IMG/VR virus record: IMGVR_UViG_3300014838_001974 | Span: 1 to 59,432 of that record | Reading direction: 5' to 3' (one strand) | Source: a virus | Taxonomy: Duplodnaviria; Caudoviricetes | Length of the DNA: 59,432 nt | Part shown: in pieces, positions 19,301 through 27,746 of the stretch | How positions within the stretch are numbered: the first letter of the stretch is position 1 | Layout: every line of letters begins with the position of its first letter | Made by a program: the position numbers and the translations under genes | The notes under the pieces: model-generated | What the model was told of the DNA's origin: nothing | Databases searched by the model: none | Seen by the model: only the letters and a program-made list of their open reading frames with translations

Positions 19301-19852
19301 GTTCGGCGACACCACTTCGAAGGTGATGTTCGGAATCGCGGGCGACGATCCCAGCGGAAAATTGGCGAACGCGGCATAGCAGATGCCGCGATAGGCCTGC
19401 GCATGCGAGACGTCGTAGGCTTCGGTGTTGCTCCACGGCTGTTGGGCATAGTCGCCGAGAAAGTTTTCCTGCTCGTAATAGAAGCCGTTGAGATAGAACT
19501 GCCCGTTCTCGTCCGGCGTTCCCGGAAAGCTGGCGGGCGTGCCGCCGATCCACATGTTCGAGATGTTGTAGACCGGGCCCTCGCAGATGCCGATGATGAA
19601 CGAGGTGAAGTAATCGTAGTTGCCGCTGCTGCCCTTGCCGCCGCCCGAGACCGCGCCGCCCTTGCCGCCGCCGGATGATGGCGCGTTCTGGTAGTTGAAG
19701 CCGTAATTGTCCAGCAGATTGCCGGCTACGCGATTCTGACCTCCGAGCACCAGCGCGATCGGCACGCCCTGCAGCGAGGTGTTGACGCGCAGTGACGTCG
19801 CCGGCGGCGATGTCTGCTGGGCGCCGAAGATACCGGTAAGGAACCGAGCCAC
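16358..19852 (-). CDS. Tail tip / host-specificity protein (tip attachment J / GTA megatron-like)
   Basis: SLQGVPIALVLG..RVAGN, IGICEGPV, AYRGICY, PNITFEV and RGAYGT motifs; position after the NlpC/P60 gene. Confidence 0.88.
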   Translation of the reverse strand: MARFLTGIFGAQQTSPPATSLRVNTSLQGVPIALVLGGQNRVAGNLLDNYGFNYQNAPSSGGGKGGAVSGGGKGSSGNYDYFTSFIIGICEGPVYNISNMWIGGTPASFPGTPDENGQFYLNGFYYEQENFLGDYAQQPWSNTEAYDVSHAQAYRGICYAAFANFPLGSSPAIPNITFEVVSPNATAIAGQPDGDASVALTSFLTNPYYGLGFPVSRLGSFAQWQSYCLALGLVVSPVIASSVAASSFVNDLTDATNSAPCWQDGQFTVVPYGDAAVTAGQVRSITETHDVPADQNGVDSQGNPLYWPLIEVSFYALFAGDGGVTYSSGAPLTKVTTYEPTGYATSGSPAQGQYYEQGGVYYFNPGDINQEVLISYDYAAAASYYPNTTPLYDFTLDDFLANQGTIGSGLAVNNSPLICVRTSRDQMNNVVKVEYLDRPNSYNPVDIEVKDEASIIAFGRTRPSDIKQYHFFCLAGAAQQSAMLQLVRQQIARTFQFTCGRHFMLILELMALVTVTDEGQGFFEQPARIIEIQENSDFSITVTAEEYLGTVSAPTYGTQPTAGAVINYNVAPGPVNAPIIFEPTDELNQTNALGGLQIWGAVSGQDLQTWGGCFVWASYDGENYQRVGEIIGPSRMGVTSAVTPAVAANPTGQQTIDTQNAVSVNVAESGATLSSGTQGDALALNTAFYLGGEILSYATATLTGAKAYNLTYLVRGAYGTESEIASHPVGTPFARLDGNIFAFAYDQGRIGATLYLKFQSFNIYQGGQQSLADCTPYTYAITGSALASPLPSITNLRTVFDVNAGFTELDWDDITDFRAFKYEVRTGTSFASALSLGQVAHPPFRVPGNGTYWVAAVATPVPGLTVYSEAWEDIAVAGAVITQNVVLTVDLKADNWPGAFSGGAGVDNAINAIRTGGGNILTDSSILGTTDILEYGGGISGEYFPSDAAFLDIGYVANASISIQYQPTGVPVGQNILAIGDFLNTPDILGSASTQYITVYPLINTATATGGDLYSLGDLYQYPDLYTSADYNWNGFQRFSPGTYQARAINFAMLLETVDPLTIAYNLEFVITITIPPRIDTYAVTTSSSANTTITFEPTGASATAPFNGGAGPSGLPVVQWGIVNAQAGDDLLISSLSLSSITFEVVNSGVRVVRSLSMTVEGY

Positions 19853-19855
19853 ATT

Positions 19856-20371
19856 CTAAACCTGATCTGATTGCCGCAGCCCGTCGCCCTGCGGCCGGCG
19901 CGGGGCGAACAGGCTGAAGAATTTCATGTCGAGAATTTCTGTCCCAAGCCTCGGCCGCAGCCCGTTATCCCGGCGAACACATTTCGACGCGAAATGGGCG
20001 TGGATGATGCTGGGCCAGCCCGGCTCGATGATCAGCGCGCCATGGGCAAAACAAAGGCCGATCTTGTAGAGCACGATGTCGCCGGTCCGCGCTTCATCCT
20101 GCGGGATCTCGCGTCCACCGACCTTGAGTATCCAGCCGATGTACCGCTCTTCCTTGCCGTGCAGAAAGAACTGCGGCGAATAGTGATCCAGCTGGAATGG
20201 TTCGACCATGCCGGCTTCCTGAAACGTGCATTTCAAAAACGTCGCGCAATCGACGCCGGCGCCCTTGACTTCGCCATGGTCATGAAACGGCGTCGAGATA
20301 TAGCTGCGCGCGATGGCGTCGATGCGATCGCGAGCCGCACGCTCTGAATCGGTCACGTCTTGGTCCGTCAC
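19856..20371 (-). CDS. Tail-associated NlpC/P60 peptidase
   Basis: ARSYISTPFHDHGEVKGAGVDC and GDIVLY..CFAHGA..IIHA; GTG start overlaps the upstream stop. Confidence 0.88.
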   Translation of the reverse strand: MTDQDVTDSERAARDRIDAIARSYISTPFHDHGEVKGAGVDCATFLKCTFQEAGMVEPFQLDHYSPQFFLHGKEERYIGWILKVGGREIPQDEARTGDIVLYKIGLCFAHGALIIEPGWPSIIHAHFASKCVRRDNGLRPRLGTEILDMKFFSLFAPRRPQGDGLRQSDQV

Positions 20372-20649
20372 GTCTTGCCGATTTCCGCGAGCGCGTCCGC
20401 CATCGCCGCCTGCACGATCCGCGCCGACGCGGCCTGGATCTTCTGCGCGTTGGCGAGCTGGACCTTTGGGGCCAGATCGACCACCGATTTGCCGTTGGCG
20501 GCGACCTGATCGCTGATGCGCGCGATCGCGGCCTGGCGCTGATCGGACGGCAGCGCCTTCAGATAGGGCACCAGCAATTCCGACACCACGGCGTCGATCA
20601 CCAGCACCATGCCGACGAGGCTTTGATTTTCGAGATCGATGATCTTCAT
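20368..20649 (-). CDS. Hypothetical helical protein inserted in the tail-tip module
   Basis: 93-aa ORF abutting or overlapping both neighbours. Confidence 0.6.
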   Translation of the reverse strand: MKIIDLENQSLVGMVLVIDAVVSELLVPYLKALPSDQRQAAIARISDQVAANGKSVVDLAPKVQLANAQKIQAASARIVQAAMADALAEIGKT

Positions 20650-21609
20650 TTACCCACCTTGGGTTTCGGGCGGCGGAATGAAGGGCTGGCCGCCGTAGTT
20701 GAGCTGGTTGCCGAACTGTCCGCAGGTCGAAAACAGCTTGTTGCAGCCGGGATAGGCCAGGAAGGTATCGCCCGGTGCGACCGGAAACGGCAGCGGATTG
20801 AGCAGTCCGATGGTGAACGAGCCGTCCCAGGTCTTGATGGTGCGCTGGAATGTCTTGTTCATCCCGCCGGTCATGACGATGCGGCCGAGCTGATAGGTGC
20901 CGGAGCCCTGCGGAATGGCCAGACCGTTGCCGCGGATGGTCGATTGCGTCGAGCCGCTCGCGACGTTGCAGGCAACGGCGTAGCTCGCGGCGTTCAGCGT
21001 GCAGCCATTGTCGAACAGGGCGTGCCGGCACTGCGCCTGGTAGAAGTGCAGCGGCATCTGGATGGTGAACAGCGACCGGTAGTCATTGACGGTCAGCACC
21101 GCGACCGCGTTGGTGGTATCGACCTCGGCCACGGTGCCGGCGAAGATGGTGCGGCACCCCACCGGCACGGCGCCGGCCGGCGGGATCGGCCAGGTCGGCA
21201 CCGCCGAGAAATAGGCCTCGTCGACCTGAAAGTCCGCGGCATCGAGCGCGCCGCCCTGCGCCGCCTGCAGCCAGGGCACCTCCCCGATCATGTCCGGGAA
21301 GGCCGCGCCAGTGACCAGATCGAACGGCCGCGGCATCAGCACCACCACCCAGGTGTCGGTGTCGGTGCCGATCTTCATATGTGCCTGGGTCTTGGATTCC
21401 TTCTGATCGACCCGGATGCCGCCGGATGAATAGGTAAAGCCGTTGACCCGCGTGCTGGTGCTTTTGGCCTTGATATCGAAGTCGGCATCGGTGAAGCGAA
21501 TCACGCCGCCGCCGAACAGCGTAATGGTGTAGAGCCTGGCGACGTGAAGGCCGCCAAGCCCGGCGAGGAAATTGTTGAACAGCGTCACCAGCGCGGGCGT
21601 CGGCGCCAC
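20650..21609 (-). CDS. Baseplate hub / DUF2163 (BR0599-like) tail protein
   Basis: RFTDADFDI, YQAQCRHALFDNGC and PGCNKLFSTC..FGNQLNYGGQPFIP conserved Cys motifs. Confidence 0.88.
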   Translation of the reverse strand: MAPTPALVTLFNNFLAGLGGLHVARLYTITLFGGGVIRFTDADFDIKAKSTSTRVNGFTYSSGGIRVDQKESKTQAHMKIGTDTDTWVVVLMPRPFDLVTGAAFPDMIGEVPWLQAAQGGALDAADFQVDEAYFSAVPTWPIPPAGAVPVGCRTIFAGTVAEVDTTNAVAVLTVNDYRSLFTIQMPLHFYQAQCRHALFDNGCTLNAASYAVACNVASGSTQSTIRGNGLAIPQGSGTYQLGRIVMTGGMNKTFQRTIKTWDGSFTIGLLNPLPFPVAPGDTFLAYPGCNKLFSTCGQFGNQLNYGGQPFIPPPETQGG

Positions 21610-21610
21610 G

Positions 21611-22219
21611 TTACGGCAACTTCTCGCTGGAAAACTTCAGCGCCTTGTTCTCCCAGATCGTCGCCAGGAATTTGCTGAAGTCGCTGCTGTCGTCATCGAA
21701 GCGGCACGGAATATAATAGGATCCCGACCAGGTCAGCGAAGCGTCGGCGGCCGGCGCGTTGCCGGTCGTGAAGGTTACTCTTCCATAGGAATCGACGGTC
21801 CAGTTCGTGTTCGGCGTTGCCGCGACCTCGATGGTCGGGTTGCCGTTGAGCAGGAACACCGGCTCGGCAAACCCGCCCAGCGCGCGCACCAGCTGGAACG
21901 GGCCGAGCGTCGTGCCGTCGCCGATCCCGAAATCCTGGTTGACGACCGTATTGTCGTCGGGATCGGTGTAGCCGAACAGCTGGACCGGACCGTTCACCGA
22001 ATTGATGAAGCCGACCAGCGTCTGCCACTCCGCGTTGACGTTATCGGACCGCAGGTACGAAAACGGCAGCTCGTAACTGTGCGTCGGATAGGAAAACAGC
22101 GTGTAGCGCGTGCGCTTGCCACTGAGCGCATCCTGCTTCACGCTCGACCAATTGAGGCCGAGCTTCCTCGGATAGGTTTCGCCCGGCAGCGTCGGGAAAA
22201 CCGGCCCTGTCCACCCCAT
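21611..22219 (-). CDS. Distal tail protein, DUF2460 (TIGR02217-like)
   Basis: SGKRTR, GYTDPDD, FGIGDGTT..FQL and IPCRFDDD; follows the tape measure gene. Confidence 0.85.
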   Translation of the reverse strand: MGWTGPVFPTLPGETYPRKLGLNWSSVKQDALSGKRTRYTLFSYPTHSYELPFSYLRSDNVNAEWQTLVGFINSVNGPVQLFGYTDPDDNTVVNQDFGIGDGTTLGPFQLVRALGGFAEPVFLLNGNPTIEVAATPNTNWTVDSYGRVTFTTGNAPAADASLTWSGSYYIPCRFDDDSSDFSKFLATIWENKALKFSSEKLP

Positions 22220-22232
22220 GACTGATCCCTGG

Positions 22233-24446
22233 CTACGCGACCGACGGATTGAGGTTTTGATAGCTGGACAGCGCCCGCGCGAATTGCGGCATCATCCGGT
22301 TGATCATGGCCTGCAGGCCGGTCGTGTCGAAGGCGCTCATCTGCGGGGCGAACACCACCTGGCCGCCGTTCTGCCCGCCACCGCCGCCGGCCGCCGCGGC
22401 GCTCCGGAAGCCCGACGCGAAATTCGCCGGCATCACCATTTCCCCCGGATGCAGCAGCGCCGGCATGGTCGATGGGATATTCCAGGCGCCGACATCGAGC
22501 TTGGGAAGCCCGATCGCCATCACCTGCGCATAGGCCGCCGCGGCAGGGGCAGCCGCTGCCGGCCCCAACAGCGGCGCCTGATTGGCAAACACGCCCGCAT
22601 AGGCAACACCCGCATCGACCGTCACCTTGGCTGACGCCGCCGCGGCATCCGCCGTAGAGGCCGTCAGCGCATTGGCGGCTGCCTGCGTTTTGCTGGTGGC
22701 GGCATCCGCAACCAGTTGAGCGGCGTGCGTCACCACCCAGTTCTCGCCGAGCTGGATCAACTTCATGAACAGATCGGTGCCGATGTTCTTGGCCGCCTGC
22801 GCCCAGGACGTCGTTCCCGCCAACAGCCCGCGCAGCTGCGAATTGAATGCGCCGGTGAAGGCCTGCAGGTATTGCGTGACGGACGCCTGCATTTCCTTCT
22901 GCGAATCCTGCACGGTTTTTAGCATATCCTTCTGGTACTGCTGGGTCAGCTTCGCCTTTTCCTTTTCGACCTCGGCATATTTGGCGCCGTCGCCCTTGTA
23001 GAGCGCTTCCTTCTGCGCGATGAACGCCATCTCGGCCTGATAGGCCTGCTCGATCGCGGTCTCGGTATTAAGAGCTTTTTGCTGCTGGGTGATCTTGTGG
23101 GCGGTGGCCTCTTCGTTGAAGATCGCCTTGATCCGCTCCAGCTTGGATTTCTCCGCGGCAATCTCTTCCTCGATCTCGGTCGCCCGCGCGGTGAGGCGAT
23201 TCTTGGCGCCGTTATCGGCGGCGGCGGCGTTCAGCTTGGTGAAGCTCTCGGCCGCTCCCAGCACTTCGGTATTGAGTTTGGCGACGTCCTGGCCGAGCGC
23301 CTGCCAGGTGCCGGACACCGGGATCGCGCCGTTAACGGCGTCGTGTGCCCGCTTGGCGGTTTCCGCGATTTCATCCAACTGCCTGGGAACGCTGGAGAGG
23401 GCGTCGCCCTTCCCGCTGCTTTCGCCGTTGAAGTTGAGGCTGATCGGCCTCGATAGCGTATCTTTTAGCCGATCGTAGTTTCCGCTGATCTTGGCCATCC
23501 AGCCGATGAAGCTTTCAGCGGGGCCGTCGATCTCTCCGAAATTCAAATCGGGGCGAAAGCTCGAAAATTTGGCCTTGAGATTGTCGATCTGGACGCCGGC
23601 CTTCACCGCGAAGGACGCGACAGCAGCGGCGATGTCGATCAGATAATTCGCGATCTTGTTAGCGGCATCGCGGATATCGTCCGCCGAGATGCTGCCGGTC
23701 AGACTCGAGAACGCGTCGATCGCCGCATCGATCGCAGGCTTCAGGACCGTGAACACCTGCGCGGCAAAAGCCCTTGAGCGCAGGCCCAGCAGGTTGAGTT
23801 TCTCCTCGGTCTCGGAGATGCCCGGCAGGGTCGCGGAAAGCCCCTCCTGCGCTTTCTGCACGGCTTCGCGGAGCTCATCGAAATGATCCGAGCCCTGGAT
23901 CAACAGCGGCAGCAATTCCGCAAACCGGCTTCCAAACGCTTGCTGGACGTTGCTGGTCAGCGTGATCGATGGATTAAAGCGGGAGACTGCGTCGGAGACC
24001 TTCGAAAACCACTGGTCGACAGGAAGTCCTGTCAGCTCCTTAGCCGAAAGCCCGAGAGCCTTCAGTCCCTGCGCGGCCGGCCCATAGGCGTCGGAGGTTG
24101 ATTTCTGCACCTGAAGGTTGGCGCGGGCGACTTCCTCCGAAAGCGAATTGAACGATACCCCCGCTAACGTCGCCACGCCCGACAGCGTCGTGATCGACTC
24201 CAGCGACCCGCCCATGCGGGCCTGGACGTTCTGGATCTGGTCGGCAAACCGGGAAAGGGAATCAAAACCCGCCTTCAGGCCCTCGAACGACAGCGCGACG
24301 CCGGCGAGTTCGGCGAGCGACGTCAGGCCGCCCGACACACCCTCGACATGGCTCTTGATGCTGTCGAGCGATGAATTGACTTCGTCGATCGCGGATTTCA
24401 GTTCGCCGGTCGACGCGCCAAACTCGACGCTTACCCTGTTGGCCAT
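22233..24446 (-). CDS. Tail tape measure protein
   Basis: Long Ala-rich helical protein after the chaperones; C-terminal LDVGAWNIP..ALLHPGEMVMP motif. Confidence 0.88.
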   Translation of the reverse strand: MANRVSVEFGASTGELKSAIDEVNSSLDSIKSHVEGVSGGLTSLAELAGVALSFEGLKAGFDSLSRFADQIQNVQARMGGSLESITTLSGVATLAGVSFNSLSEEVARANLQVQKSTSDAYGPAAQGLKALGLSAKELTGLPVDQWFSKVSDAVSRFNPSITLTSNVQQAFGSRFAELLPLLIQGSDHFDELREAVQKAQEGLSATLPGISETEEKLNLLGLRSRAFAAQVFTVLKPAIDAAIDAFSSLTGSISADDIRDAANKIANYLIDIAAAVASFAVKAGVQIDNLKAKFSSFRPDLNFGEIDGPAESFIGWMAKISGNYDRLKDTLSRPISLNFNGESSGKGDALSSVPRQLDEIAETAKRAHDAVNGAIPVSGTWQALGQDVAKLNTEVLGAAESFTKLNAAAADNGAKNRLTARATEIEEEIAAEKSKLERIKAIFNEEATAHKITQQQKALNTETAIEQAYQAEMAFIAQKEALYKGDGAKYAEVEKEKAKLTQQYQKDMLKTVQDSQKEMQASVTQYLQAFTGAFNSQLRGLLAGTTSWAQAAKNIGTDLFMKLIQLGENWVVTHAAQLVADAATSKTQAAANALTASTADAAAASAKVTVDAGVAYAGVFANQAPLLGPAAAAPAAAAYAQVMAIGLPKLDVGAWNIPSTMPALLHPGEMVMPANFASGFRSAAAAGGGGGQNGGQVVFAPQMSAFDTTGLQAMINRMMPQFARALSSYQNLNPSVA

Positions 24447-24449
24447 TGG

Positions 24450-24761
24450 TCAGCCCATTCCCGGAATGCGGCCGCCCGTCAGGGCGAACATGCGCTTGAA
24501 TTCTTCGGCCGTCATGTATTTCTGCTGTTCGGGATCGTCTTTTGGAATCTCGAAGCCGATGAAGGCGGCCACGAGATCGCGCAGTGGCGGATATTTGCCC
24601 CAGTAGGTCAGCAGGCGATTGACATCGTCCAGCGTCATGTCGCGGATTTCGGAAGGCGTATATCCTCCGTCGGTCTGCAGCCTGCCGAACAGCTCGGTCC
24701 AGTAGGACTTGTCTAGCTTGCGTCCAGCCCCGGATTCCGATCCGGGGCCTGGAGGTTTTTT
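24450..24761 (-). CDS. Tail assembly chaperone, frameshifted (gpT-like) part
   Basis: The -1 frame from the slippery site is open: KPPGPGSESGAGRKLDKSYWTELFGRLQTDGGYTPSEIRDMTLDDV..., continuing into ORF 24450-24638. Confidence 0.8.
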   Translation of the reverse strand, partial: KKPPGPGSESGAGRKLDKSYWTELFGRLQTDGGYTPSEIRDMTLDDVNRLLTYWGKYPPLRDLVAAFIGFEIPKDDPEQQKYMTAEEFKRMFALTGGRIPGMG

Positions 24762-25009
24762 GAGTCAGGGAGATTATATCCCGAACCGCGCATGATCTTC
24801 TCGATGGCCTCGCGCAGGTGACCGGGCTCGGCCTCGATGTCCCGGATGTCCCCGATCGGAGGATTGGCCCGGCGCATCAGAATCGTCAATGCGAGGAAAG
24901 TCCATTTGGCGGCGGAGGCATCGAGCTCCGTCATATCCTCGATCTGCCCGATGTTCATCTTCGGAACATCGTACTCCTTGTCGCCCAGCGTAACCTTGAT
25001 CGAAGACAT
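24713..25009 (-). CDS. Tail assembly chaperone (gpG-like)
   Basis: Lies between the tail tube and tape measure genes; contains the slippery site near its 3' end. Confidence 0.8.
   Translation of the reverse strand: MSSIKVTLGDKEYDVPKMNIGQIEDMTELDASAAKWTFLALTILMRRANPPIGDIRDIEAEPGHLREAIEKIMRGSGYNLPDSKNLQAPDRNPGLDAS
24728..24761 (-). promoter_or_regulatory. Programmed -1 ribosomal frameshift signal
   Basis: A-AAA-AAC heptamer (24761-24755), 7-nt spacer, then perfect hairpin CCCCGGAT-CGGA-ATCCGGGG (24747-24728). Confidence 0.85.
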
Positions 25010-25057
25010 TCAACTTTCCCCTTGAGAAAATCGGACTAAACCCAGGACTCGACTCGA

Positions 25058-25825
25058 CTATGCGAGGTTCGGCCAGACCGCCTCGAACAGGTTGCCGGCG
25101 GGGTTGCAGTACATGCTGAAATCGATTTCCGGCATCGCGTAATCCTCCAGCTTGAACTGCAACCCGAAGCTGTCCGAGACGCATTGGAAGGCGCGAACCG
25201 CAAAGGGAGACGCGCTCGGCTGGACGACGTTGTTCCAGTAGTCGAGCTGAAACACCGGCGTGGTGCCGATCGGCTGGTTGGCAAACAGCATGTTTTGGCC
25301 GGTTCCGGAGACGGTCGAGGTATAGGTGATCAGAACGGCGACGCCTTCGTCCGCCGCGGCGAACGTATAAACACCGGCCGAGACCGAATATTGGCCCACG
25401 GTCGGCCCCGATGCCACCAGCACGAACGGCTGTCCCGTCGCGGCATAGGTGACGCCCAGATCCTGATCGAAGGTCGCGCTGTTGGTGACCGTGATGGTGT
25501 AGGTACTCACAGCCGGAATGTTGTGCGCTTCGTTGACATTCCACTGATAGCCGCCGGAATTCAACGTCTGGCCGAAGAATGCCGCGTTCATGGCCAGCGC
25601 CGACAACCGCGCCGCCTTGATCTTGCCCGACGCCTTGATGGTGCCGCGCGCCACCAGATCGGGCAGCTGGTTCTGGCCGTAGAGTTCCTTGCTCGACGCC
25701 TTCAGGTTGATCGAGAACTCCTGGGCCTTCCCGATGTTGATCGAGCCCTGGTTGGCGATATCGATGCGTCGCACGCACAGGATACCAGGACCAAACAAGG
25801 CAATAGGTTGCGCAGTGGCCGTCAT
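25058..25825 (-). CDS. Major tail (tube) protein
   Basis: FGPG.L, KELYGQNQLP..VARG and KLEDYAMPEIDF motifs; position before the chaperones. Confidence 0.8.
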   Translation of the reverse strand: MTATAQPIALFGPGILCVRRIDIANQGSINIGKAQEFSINLKASSKELYGQNQLPDLVARGTIKASGKIKAARLSALAMNAAFFGQTLNSGGYQWNVNEAHNIPAVSTYTITVTNSATFDQDLGVTYAATGQPFVLVASGPTVGQYSVSAGVYTFAAADEGVAVLITYTSTVSGTGQNMLFANQPIGTTPVFQLDYWNNVVQPSASPFAVRAFQCVSDSFGLQFKLEDYAMPEIDFSMYCNPAGNLFEAVWPNLA

Positions 25826-25853
25826 CGTTCAGTCCTCCGTCAGGAAGTGATTG

Positions 25854-26291
25854 TCAGGGAAACAGGATGCGGATCGGAACCACCGCGAGCGCCTTGCCCG
25901 TGGTGTCGCCGCTGGAGCGCTGGGATTCGCCGTCGATGGTGCAGCTCTGCACCAGGCGGCCGATCGTAAAAACGCCGTTGACGATATCGTCGGGCACCAT
26001 CGCGGCCTCGATCGCGTCGAGCGCGTTATTGATGGCCGTGTTCGGAACGGCGCCATCGTTGGTGCCGACATCGTTATAGACGATGGCGTAGAGCTTCAGC
26101 TCGCGCTTGGCTAATTCGTTATAGCCCGCGGTTCGATCCCACTTGTCGACGCCCTCGACCAGAAACAGCGCCGGCGTCTGCGTCGGGCCGAGATTTTCCG
26201 GGTTGGTATTTCTGCGCCCCGTGGTGACAAATTCCGAGCTAGCGCTCAGGATTGTGAACAGCGCTGCGACGACCTGCTCGCGGGTGACCAT
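25854..26291 (-). CDS. Tail terminator / tail completion protein
   Basis: Size, position and TREQVVAALF...PALF...LDAIEAA pattern. Confidence 0.7.
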   Translation of the reverse strand: MVTREQVVAALFTILSASSEFVTTGRRNTNPENLGPTQTPALFLVEGVDKWDRTAGYNELAKRELKLYAIVYNDVGTNDGAVPNTAINNALDAIEAAMVPDDIVNGVFTIGRLVQSCTIDGESQRSSGDTTGKALAVVPIRILFP

Positions 26292-26294
26292 CGT

Positions 26295-26858
26295 TCACTC
26301 GGCCTTGTATTCAGCGGAACTGGCGCCGGATTCGATTTGCTTACCAAGACCGGCGCGATCGAGGCCGGTGACCAGCGCGTCGCCGATCTGTGTTTCGACC
26401 GCATTGATGGACTCGTCGAACGCCGCGTGAATGATCGGTTTCGGCTGATAGACAACCGAGGGCCGATGCACAACGGAAGCGAACACTTCGCCGGCGGACC
26501 CCATGAAACGAAGCACCTGCGCCACGTTCGGAAGAATCTCTCGCGGCGCTTGGGTACCACCGAATTCGAACACGGCCGCCAGACCCGGATCGCTCGACCA
26601 GACATAGCCGAACACGCCTTTATCCGAGGACCTGACGCGCGACTCGATGCTGCGGAGATATGCCCCCGTCCTGACCTGGATGACATCGTCGGACGCCAGC
26701 TGCTGGGCCCGACCGAGGATCTGATCGGCGCTGCTCTTGATGACGGTTTCCAGCGCTGCCCGCACCTCCGGCAGCAGCGTCTGCATCTGCAGGATGACTT
26801 TGTCAGGGCCAGTGACCTTGACGTCGAAGCCCATCTCAAAGTCGGAAACACCAGCCAT
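26295..26858 (-). CDS. Neck / tail-completion protein (HK97 gp10-like)
   Basis: VRTGAYLRSI, AVFEFGG and PIIHAAF motifs; position. Confidence 0.7.
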   Translation of the reverse strand: MAGVSDFEMGFDVKVTGPDKVILQMQTLLPEVRAALETVIKSSADQILGRAQQLASDDVIQVRTGAYLRSIESRVRSSDKGVFGYVWSSDPGLAAVFEFGGTQAPREILPNVAQVLRFMGSAGEVFASVVHRPSVVYQPKPIIHAAFDESINAVETQIGDALVTGLDRAGLGKQIESGASSAEYKAE

Positions 26859-26873
26859 CGCGAATGCTCCAGC

Positions 26874-27272
26874 CTACGCGACACCGGCCGCCTTGAGTTC
26901 AATCGCGCCGGCAACGGCGCGCTTGAACCCGTCGACATCGACGACGTTCAATTCGTCGCCGGTGTCGACGATGATGATCCTGTCGTTCTTCCGGACCGGC
27001 AGCGGAAACCGCGCATTCGCCAGATCCGTCGCCATCAGAATGACCAGGCGATCGCCTTCCGTGATCGCGCCGATCTTGGTCGCGGCGTAGCCGGTCTGCG
27101 CCGGCTGCGTGGTATCCGGCTGATAGTCCGTCACCATCGCGACCACCCAGGCGCTGAAACTCGCGGTCGGATTCGGCGCGAAGCCCGTGACGCGCTTGAG
27201 GATGATCTGGGTGCCGCGCTTGAGCAGCGCCCGATCATAGGCCGCGACCATTCCGGGGTTCGGTGTCGTCAC
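26874..27272 (-). CDS. Head closure / head-tail joining protein
   Basis: GTG start overlapping the upstream stop; small beta-rich protein between adaptor and neck genes. Confidence 0.6.
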   Translation of the reverse strand: MTTPNPGMVAAYDRALLKRGTQIILKRVTGFAPNPTASFSAWVVAMVTDYQPDTTQPAQTGYAATKIGAITEGDRLVILMATDLANARFPLPVRKNDRIIIVDTGDELNVVDVDGFKRAVAGAIELKAAGVA

Positions 27273-27742
27273 CGCGCCTCGCAATTCACGCTGAGAAGCG
27301 ACCCGCCGCCATAGGTCCCGGTCGAGACCACGGTCGCTTGCAGTCGATCGCCGAGCGGGCCATTGAGCACGGTGTTGTTCGCCAGCGCCAGATTGGTCAG
27401 CGCCGCCGGCGTGGTAACCGAATTCAGGCCGGACAGGTTGATGGCATCGACGCCGCTCGAGGTGGTGAATTCGATATTGGCGATGTCGAACCAGCTCTGG
27501 CCCTGGTCGAGCGAGCTTTGGATGTAGACATTCACTTGCGTGCCGCCGGAGCCATAGGCGAAGCGAGCCTGGCACGACAGCGCGGTCATGCCCTGCAGGC
27601 CGGTCTGCGGCGTTCCGACCTGCGTCCCAGCCGGACCCACCTGGAAATTGCCGAGCGGGATGACGCCGGAAGAGGTGAACTGCGCGGCCGCGGGAGCGGC
27701 AAGCAGCCAGAGCAGCGCGACCGATGTAAGAAGGCGTTTCAT
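27269..27742 (-). CDS. Exported beta-sandwich protein inside the head-tail joining module
   Basis: Signal peptide MKRLLTSVALLWLLAAPAAA; VYIQSSLDQGQSWFDIA jelly-roll-like motif. Confidence 0.7.
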   Translation of the reverse strand: MKRLLTSVALLWLLAAPAAAQFTSSGVIPLGNFQVGPAGTQVGTPQTGLQGMTALSCQARFAYGSGGTQVNVYIQSSLDQGQSWFDIANIEFTTSSGVDAINLSGLNSVTTPAALTNLALANNTVLNGPLGDRLQATVVSTGTYGGGSLLSVNCEAR

Positions 27743-27746
27743 CCTG

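Noticed and set aside
16358-22219. Gene transfer agent cluster
   Set aside because: The tail-tip genes are GTA-like, but integrase, repressor switch, replication genes and HNH/cos-type packaging indicate a true prophage.
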